Origin: a virus
DNA length: 64,000 nt
IMG/VR virus record: IMGVR_UViG_3300026183_000930
Location: 60,222 to 124,221 of that record
Direction: 5' to 3' (one strand)
Positions 57,932 to 64,000 of this stretch are shown in pieces. The position numbers were made by a program, and so were the translations under genes. The first letter of the stretch is position 1; the number at the start of each line of letters is the position of its first letter. A model generated the notes under the pieces. It worked only from the letters and a program-made list of their open reading frames with translations, did not search any database and was not told the DNA's origin.

Positions 57932-58593
57932 TGGCCTCCTTTAACTCCTAGACTTTTATATCTTGGAGTACGACAAGCCCAATAACCTGCTTTGGTCTTA
58001 TCTTTTTTGTTTTTGCAATCATGTCTTGCTACAAAACTTTTCACTGCACCTGGATTGTTTGCTTTGGTTTTTAAACCTGTGGTGTCACCCCAACTGACTT
58101 TTTTAATCTTTCCTGTTTTAGGATTACGAGTGTACACATAATACTTTTTACTACCACCTCTTTTAGGTTTGTTTAATTCAACTTTTTTACCTTGATATTC
58201 TGCTTCGTTGATATTTTTATTTTTATTATAACAGTCACAATGTTTACAATCTGGGCCACATGTACAATCTTTAACAGGTGCTCCACAACATTCTTTTGAA
58301 CACATTTCTACACCATCTTTATACCATGTGTCTTTTGCTTCAAATGGTAAATCAAGTGCAATATCACCTTGTGTTGTTTTTAATACTTTACCTATTTCTG
58401 TTTCAAATAATTCTTGATCTTCCCAGTCAACTGTTAATAATCCTTCTTCATACATTTTACGAGCTTCACAAAATAATTTAAAAAAATTATCTGTGCCTGG
58501 TCTAAAAATATTTTCTCTAAAAGGTATATTATTTTTGATATGATACTGTATTGCTTCTGCAATTTTATTTGTTTCTAATTCTGCTAATCTCAT
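57922..58593 (-). CDS. Modular hypothetical protein with Cys-rich insert and basic C-domain
   Basis: MRLAELE start, CSKECCGAPVKDCTCGPDCKHCDC, EAEYQGKKV...YWACR. Confidence 0.6.
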   Translation of the reverse strand: MRLAELETNKIAEAIQYHIKNNIPFRENIFRPGTDNFFKLFCEARKMYEEGLLTVDWEDQELFETEIGKVLKTTQGDIALDLPFEAKDTWYKDGVEMCSKECCGAPVKDCTCGPDCKHCDCYNKNKNINEAEYQGKKVELNKPKRGGSKKYYVYTRNPKTGKIKKVSWGDTTGLKTKANNPGAVKSFVARHDCKNKKDKTKAGYWACRTPRYKSLGVKGGQWW

Positions 58594-58952
58594 TATCTCC
58601 AGCCTCCACCTGCTTTTTTATACATTTTGGCCGCCCAAGCATTTGCATAAGCCGATGGATAAACATCAAACTTTTGCTTTGCTTGTGATTTATAATATGC
58701 CCATTTGCTAGGATTTGTTGGTTTTGGTTTTTTTGCTTCAGACACTGACTTACCTTTTTGAACTCTGTCCCAGTAGTAAGGACTCATCTTGCCGTATCCG
58801 TGTCTCCATGCCATTTGACGTAATCTTGTTTCATCAAAATCTTTGAAACGATCTGCAAGTTCTTGGTCAGTCATGTTGGCTAATTTTTGCTTGTGCTTTA
58901 TGATAGAACCAGGCATTCTCTCACCAAGTGTAATCAATTCTTGAAGTTTCAT
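58593..58952 (-). CDS. Basic late protein (MKLQEL)
   Basis: TAAATA-N5-ATG; C-module KFDVYPSAYAN. Confidence 0.55.
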   Translation of the reverse strand: MKLQELITLGERMPGSIIKHKQKLANMTDQELADRFKDFDETRLRQMAWRHGYGKMSPYYWDRVQKGKSVSEAKKPKPTNPSKWAYYKSQAKQKFDVYPSAYANAWAAKMYKKAGGGWR

Positions 58953-58960
58953 AAAAGTAT

Positions 58961-59734
58961 TTATTTCAGAAAGATTGTTTTTGGTGTGTAAGTTTCTCTG
59001 TTAAAATCTTCAGGTCTTCCTCTTGGATTACTATGATATGTCACTGTGTTTTGCACAAATTCCTGTTGATCATGATTGTGTCCAAAACACCATAGTTTTA
59101 TTTTGTTGTAATACAGTGGTAATTCTTCCATTAATGCATTTCCATAACAACCCACTGCTTTTTGTATTGGTGGATAAACTGCCCAACTTATTGCTCTTTT
59201 TACTGGTAGTGTGTGAGTTATGCAAACAATTGATTCTATGTTGTCATTCCATTGATACTCTGCTAACCAATTGGCCATCTGTGCATAATCGCTGGCTGAC
59301 TGTTTTAAAATTTTAATTGCTGTGTCTTGTCCAAACTGTTTGGTTGTGTGTTCAAAACTGTATGATCTTGGCACATATGGTTCGCCAATTTTAAAATCCC
59401 ACCATCCATTGATTCCTAAAAATACACAGTTGTCTTTGACATATGGTTGTTTGGAAAGATAATGTAAGTTTTCAATGTCTTTGGTTTTGTTGTAAACTTT
59501 GTCACACAAAGAATTCATTGGAAATCCTACACCTTGATGTTCGTGATTTCCATCAATAAACAAAATCTGTTTGTATTCATCTTTTACACGGTTTAACCAT
59601 TCCACAGTTAATTTGGGATCATCGCTTACATCTCCAGCAACAACTAATAAATCAGAATTTTTGTGTTGTAAAAAATCATAATTGTTATTCCAGTGTTCTA
59701 CATGAACGTCACTTACTAAATCAAAATTCAACAT
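58961..59734 (-). CDS. Calcineurin-like metallophosphoesterase
   Basis: SDVH, AGD, GNHE, TH, FGHNH. Confidence 0.85.
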   Translation of the reverse strand: MLNFDLVSDVHVEHWNNNYDFLQHKNSDLLVVAGDVSDDPKLTVEWLNRVKDEYKQILFIDGNHEHQGVGFPMNSLCDKVYNKTKDIENLHYLSKQPYVKDNCVFLGINGWWDFKIGEPYVPRSYSFEHTTKQFGQDTAIKILKQSASDYAQMANWLAEYQWNDNIESIVCITHTLPVKRAISWAVYPPIQKAVGCYGNALMEELPLYYNKIKLWCFGHNHDQQEFVQNTVTYHSNPRGRPEDFNRETYTPKTIFLK

Positions 59735-59776
59735 TTTTTTCTTCTTTGTTTACTTAACTATGTAGTATAGTTTGAA

Positions 59777-60340
59777 TTAACTGTTTTGTCTACCACTTTT
59801 CATGTTGGCACACCAATGATACATTTTAGCCTTTTCACCACTGGATTTTTTTGCTTTTGCTCTTAAACTTGTAACTGATCCTTTGCAACTGGCACCTGCA
59901 CGTTTTACTCTGCCTGGTCTTGATTTGCCTTTTACTTTGCCATCAGCAAAATTTTCAACAGCAAATTCTGGATTAGGTGTTGCAAAATTAGACTTACGCA
60001 TGATTGTTTTTGCAACAAGATCTAATTCTTGTCCATCCCATTGCAATGCAAAAGGAATATTAACATCTGTTCGCATGTCTTTCATCACTGCTTCTGCATC
60101 TGGTCCTAACTGTGCAATTGGTTTACCGTGTTGTTTGTAAACTTGTTTGAATAGTCTTGTGAGTTCTGCCATTGTTATTGGCTTTTGATTTCTTGGATCG
60201 TTTACTCTGTCTTTGAAATGTTTTGAAAATTCAATGTCTATACCCAATGAAGCAAACAATCTGTCAGCATAAACTTCAAGTTGTTGTAAATCTTGATCAG
60301 TAATTTCTTTGTTTTCTTTTAGTAATTCAAAAAACCTCAT
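59777..60340 (-). CDS. Two-module hypothetical protein (possible BECR-fold RNase plus basic tail)
   Basis: MRFFELLKE; IEFSKHFKDRV...LVAKTIMRK; basic Cys-containing tail. Confidence 0.5.
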   Translation of the reverse strand: MRFFELLKENKEITDQDLQQLEVYADRLFASLGIDIEFSKHFKDRVNDPRNQKPITMAELTRLFKQVYKQHGKPIAQLGPDAEAVMKDMRTDVNIPFALQWDGQELDLVAKTIMRKSNFATPNPEFAVENFADGKVKGKSRPGRVKRAGASCKGSVTSLRAKAKKSSGEKAKMYHWCANMKSGRQNS

Positions 60341-60954
60341 TTAACAAATGCTCCAATTCTACCATGCATATCAGGATGTTTTATATATTTGTACCCTTCA
60401 GGTGCTTTGGTGCTTTGTCCTTCCCATACAGGTAGATATTCTTGTCTATCACCTTCAAAGTCTACATTGTGTCTAAAATGCATTTCAATGACCTTACCAC
60501 CAATGTATTCAACATTCAATCTTGGTCTATTTCCAAAATGCTTTTTGATAAGCGGATGTAACGGCACTTGCTCATCTACACGAATCCATTTATCCCAACG
60601 TTGTAATGTGTTTTCTTTTTTGAATCCTTCTACACATCTTACTTGTTTACCTTTATCATAATCAACTGTAAAATGTCTACCTTTAAACCATTCACACCAA
60701 AATGTTCCTATAGGTAAATGATTTGTGTTTTTTTTGAGGTGCATTTTCTTTGCACCCATTCCTAAACCAAAAACATTAAGCACGGGTCTTATGATATAAT
60801 CACCTTCTTTTGGAACTTCAATACCTGCTGGACCACAAGTGTATCCTAATTTTTTTGAAAGAATCAGTTTATCTAATGCCCATAAATCATCTATCTTTGG
60901 ATTCTTCCAATACAAATCTTCTTCGTCAGGACCAATGACTTCGTTTAATCTCAT
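60337..60954 (-). CDS. Phage hypothetical protein (MRLNEV)
   Basis: 205 aa, coupled to both neighbours. Confidence 0.55.
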   Translation of the reverse strand: MRLNEVIGPDEEDLYWKNPKIDDLWALDKLILSKKLGYTCGPAGIEVPKEGDYIIRPVLNVFGLGMGAKKMHLKKNTNHLPIGTFWCEWFKGRHFTVDYDKGKQVRCVEGFKKENTLQRWDKWIRVDEQVPLHPLIKKHFGNRPRLNVEYIGGKVIEMHFRHNVDFEGDRQEYLPVWEGQSTKAPEGYKYIKHPDMHGRIGAFVK

Positions 60955-62840
60955 TTCTTTTTACGTCCTGCACAGTGAGCCTTTTGACTAAAACCTTTGG
61001 GATTTGTGCAATCAATACTTTTTTTATATTTTGCACTCCATTTTTCTTGTAACTCTTTTAGCTCTTGTTCTAAAATTTCAATTCTTTCTTTGACTGGTAG
61101 CATGTAATGATTTTTTCTACCTTTGGTCAGCAAAGGTAATGTTCTGTATGCTTTGAACCATTTGTCAGTTCCAGGTTCAGAAGTCTTTTTCATTTTTTGA
61201 TATTTAGATGTGCCTGGCAGTGTTAATAAACTTTTATCACCTTTGTCATTTTGAAATTTTAATTCATCTTCTACTATAGCACTAAAAATACTTTTCTTTT
61301 CTCGTATGTTTGGTGGTCTTCCATCTCTGTCTACTTTGAATCCTAATTTAGCAGACTGTTTTGTTATGGCATCAACACCAACATCTACTGTGGTATTAAC
61401 TCCTTTAACAACTCTGCCTCCCCATTCATTGACCTGTTTAGTGTCAGGATCATGATAAAGATAAGTGTGCTTGGTGTCTCTTGAATTTAAACCAGTGTGC
61501 TTTTTGATACGTTTCATGTATTCATTTTTTACTTTTTCGCTTTGAAAAGTAACAAGTGTATCTGGTTTACCATTTGGTCCATATTTTTTTCTATCTGCCT
61601 GATCCAAGTTAGATATATCTTTTGTAAGTTCATAATAATCACTTTTGCTGTCTATGTCAACAACCAATGTGTTATCAGGAAAAGGTATTAAATCTCCTTC
61701 ATTGACTTGAGCAAAACTACCCGAATTAATTGCTTTGTTGATAGGTGCAACTTTTGAAAGGTCTTGTTTTTCAACATACTTCAATGCTTGTGAAACTCTG
61801 TTTAAATTGTCTTTGTTGGCTTGATATCTAATTCCAATACCGCCTTTGGCTTGCCATCTTTCAATATTGCTTGGTTTGTCATCAATCAATATGTTTGGCA
61901 ACCCTGTGGTTTTGTCTACAGCATAACTTTCTTTTCTGCCTGTTATGATAACACCATTTGGTGTGAACCCGTTTGATCTTAACCAATCCAACTTATGCTT
62001 TTTTGAATTCTCATAATCTCCACGCAAAGGAGAACTGCAAATATACCATTCGCCACCTGTGAAACTTTTTACAATGTTAATTAATTCTTTTGATGTTGCA
62101 AACAAAGGCAATGTTGAAAAGAAGTCTGTGCCTGCTATTGCTTTGATACTGTCTTCAACACTGATTTCACCTTTGTCTTTCCAATGATTTACTTTTCTAA
62201 ATTTTGCCAATGCTGAAAAAAAGTCAGCAATAACACCATCCATGTCAACATACACTTTTGGTTTTTGTGAAACTTCTTCTTGTATTCCTTCAGTAGATAT
62301 ATTCATTCCTGTTCTTACAGCGTCATACATTTCTTTTGCAATGCCTGGATTAGCAACACCTTGTTTGAAACTTTCAAAATCACCATCCACTGCCGCTTGA
62401 CGCATTTTACTTGCACTCATACCTTCAACACTGTCATCGGACTCTTCGTCCCTAACACCAGCAGTTACAACTTTGATAGAATCAAATTTATAATCTTTAC
62501 CATTGTACTTTGGTAAAAGTTCAGAAAAATAAGGAACTCTATCAGATCCTACAACAAGCACAACATTTGCATAACCTTTTTTCTGTAAAGACTGCATGGC
62601 TTGTATTATGGTCTTGACATTTGGATCACCTATGGCGATATCTGAAAAACTCTGTTTAGCAAATTTTAACTTTTGCTCAAAAGACAAAGGATCTTTTTTG
62701 GCATTTTGAGTGTGTGTTAAAAATAAAAAAGGTTTTCCAGGTAAACTTTTGATTTTGTCAATGACTTTTTTGTGACCAATAGTAGGAGGATTCATTCTAC
62801 CAAATGTAAAAACTGCTGTGTTAAGTTCGTTTGCTCTCAT
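60951..62840 (-). CDS. HIGH-motif nucleotidyltransferase fused to HAD-family nucleotidase and short tail modules
   Basis: FGRMNPPTIGH...VGSDR...MSASKMR; VDMDGVIADF...LIDDK. Confidence 0.75.
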   Translation of the reverse strand: MRANELNTAVFTFGRMNPPTIGHKKVIDKIKSLPGKPFLFLTHTQNAKKDPLSFEQKLKFAKQSFSDIAIGDPNVKTIIQAMQSLQKKGYANVVLVVGSDRVPYFSELLPKYNGKDYKFDSIKVVTAGVRDEESDDSVEGMSASKMRQAAVDGDFESFKQGVANPGIAKEMYDAVRTGMNISTEGIQEEVSQKPKVYVDMDGVIADFFSALAKFRKVNHWKDKGEISVEDSIKAIAGTDFFSTLPLFATSKELINIVKSFTGGEWYICSSPLRGDYENSKKHKLDWLRSNGFTPNGVIITGRKESYAVDKTTGLPNILIDDKPSNIERWQAKGGIGIRYQANKDNLNRVSQALKYVEKQDLSKVAPINKAINSGSFAQVNEGDLIPFPDNTLVVDIDSKSDYYELTKDISNLDQADRKKYGPNGKPDTLVTFQSEKVKNEYMKRIKKHTGLNSRDTKHTYLYHDPDTKQVNEWGGRVVKGVNTTVDVGVDAITKQSAKLGFKVDRDGRPPNIREKKSIFSAIVEDELKFQNDKGDKSLLTLPGTSKYQKMKKTSEPGTDKWFKAYRTLPLLTKGRKNHYMLPVKERIEILEQELKELQEKWSAKYKKSIDCTNPKGFSQKAHCAGRKKK

Positions 62841-62845
62841 TACTT

Positions 62846-62986
62846 TTATTTTCCTTGACCATTATAAGGTTTGTATGATCTTTTTTTACCCTTATTCATG
62901 CTCGACTTTTTTACTCTGCCGCCACCAATTGATGTTCTTTTTGGCTTGGATTCATGAGCAACAAACGTCTTGCTCGTTTTTGGCAT
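62846..62986 (-). CDS. 46 aa very basic small protein
   Basis: Below the ORF-track cut-off. GGAG RBS; MPKTSKTFVAHESKPKRTSIGGGRVKKSSMNKGKKRSYKPYNGQGK. Confidence 0.55.
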   Translation of the reverse strand: MPKTSKTFVAHESKPKRTSIGGGRVKKSSMNKGKKRSYKPYNGQGK

Positions 62987-63004
62987 AAAATCTCCTTGTT
63001 TAAC

Positions 63005-64000
63005 TTATTTAGTTAAAACAAAAAGATCATACAACTGCTGTGATGCTAGATTTTTACCTTTGGCTTCTGCTTGTATATCAAAATATTCACCAAAGCTCAA
63101 TGCCCATTCATTTACTGTTTGATTAGGGAAAAAGTCGCTGTGTGCTCTGAGCTTTTGCTTTTTACACCCTAGTTCAAGCAATTTTTTAATATCGTGCATA
63201 CCTACATGTGTTTGCTCACCTAGTCCTGCTGGTGCCAGTGCTTCATCACGTGAATATGAGTAATGCAGTGTTGGTCTACTGCCTCTCCAACTGTCTACTA
63301 CTCGTTTGACTCTGTCATCGTTGGATTGTATGTATTCTTCGTCTCTGATCCAATGATGATGTATATCTAAAACCAATGCACAGTGTTTTTCCAACTGTAA
63401 ACTTGCATCAAGTCCCCAACCCATTTCATCATTCTCAATAGTAAGCAAATTACGTGCTTCAGATGACAGTTTTGGTATCATTTCAATAATACCTTCAGGT
63501 CCACGTCTGCCTGATATATGCACATTCAATTTACAACCATCTTGAAAACTTTTACCAAAACCCATCCATCTGGCCATGTCTGCATGATATTCAAATTCCA
63601 GTCTGCTTCGTTCAGCAACATCTTCTCTGTCACTTGCTAACACACAAAACTGTCCTGGATGAAAACTGATTTTAACTCCCAAACGTCTAGATGCTTCGCC
63701 AACAGGTGCAAATATTTTTGCTAGATGATTTTGTATATGTGACTGTTGCCACCATTCAATCCAATTAGGTTCAGTATAGCCTTGTAGCATTTCTGATCCA
63801 AGTCTGACCATTCTTCGTTCTTCTGGTAGTGATGCAACACGTTCAACCATTTTCAATGCCGCTTGAGCATTGTGATTCATTATGTCCCATTGACGTTGTT
63901 CTGCATCTTCAGGATGTTCTCTTAACCAACGCATGGTCGTGCTTCTGCCATTGAGATCTCTGTCTTTGGCATTGACTTTCATGCCTTTGCATTCACTAGG
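63005..64000 (-). CDS. uvsE: UV damage endonuclease (UvsE/UVDE); 5' end probably outside the window
   Basis: SFHPGQF.VL, NVH, LTIEND, LVLDIHHH, HYS, AHSD, EAKGK. The frame stays open to the window edge. Confidence 0.88.
   Translation of the reverse strand, partial: PSECKGMKVNAKDRDLNGRSTTMRWLREHPEDAEQRQWDIMNHNAQAALKMVERVASLPEERRMVRLGSEMLQGYTEPNWIEWWQQSHIQNHLAKIFAPVGEASRRLGVKISFHPGQFCVLASDREDVAERSRLEFEYHADMARWMGFGKSFQDGCKLNVHISGRRGPEGIIEMIPKLSSEARNLLTIENDEMGWGLDASLQLEKHCALVLDIHHHWIRDEEYIQSNDDRVKRVVDSWRGSRPTLHYSYSRDEALAPAGLGEQTHVGMHDIKKLLELGCKKQKLRAHSDFFPNQTVNEWALSFGEYFDIQAEAKGKNLASQQLYDLFVLTK

Noticed and set aside
517-62516. All plus-strand ORFs in the track
   Set aside because: They are antisense shadows of well-supported minus-strand genes, with no recognisable motifs.
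1-64000. Alternative genetic code, or a bacterial chromosome/prophage origin
   Set aside because: Genes are full length in the standard code and use all three stops; the T4-like replisome, late promoters and dense single-strand layout with no integrase fit a lytic phage.

Overview
AT-rich 64 kb segment of a large (jumbo-type) lytic tailed phage with a T4-like replisome. Every credible gene is on the minus strand, so the plus-strand ORFs are read as shadows. Contents: repetitive tail-fibre-like genes; PolB, putative sliding clamp, clamp loader, RNase H-like nuclease and a DnaE fragment; ClpA, DnaJ, HtrA and GroES; Prx, Grx, SOD, IscA and ferredoxin; a putative spanin/lipase lysis cassette; a 7-deazaguanine cluster (TGT/DpdA-like, FolE, QueE, remote QueD/DpdL-like) interleaved with a glycosyltransferase, GalE, purine permease, PRTase and GMP reductase; a divergent Hfq followed by a structured ncRNA candidate; a lysine-catabolism pair; a curli (CsgF/CsgG/curlin)-FecR-CHASE2 adenylate cyclase module; four tRNAs (Gly, Ala, Asn, Thr); a block of late genes sharing a capsid-targeting-like N-terminus; and UvsE. 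Strongest leads: (1) the TGT-like enzyme ends in the same NFDSIF(E/D)I tail as the DNA polymerase, suggesting clamp-tethered DNA hypermodification; (2) a set of putatively packaged cargo proteins, several on leaderless late mRNAs; (3) the Hfq plus pseudoknotted RNA pair; (4) the curli-linked cAMP module. An aquatic alphaproteobacterial host is plausible but is inference only. All product calls come from motif recognition by eye; no database searches were run.
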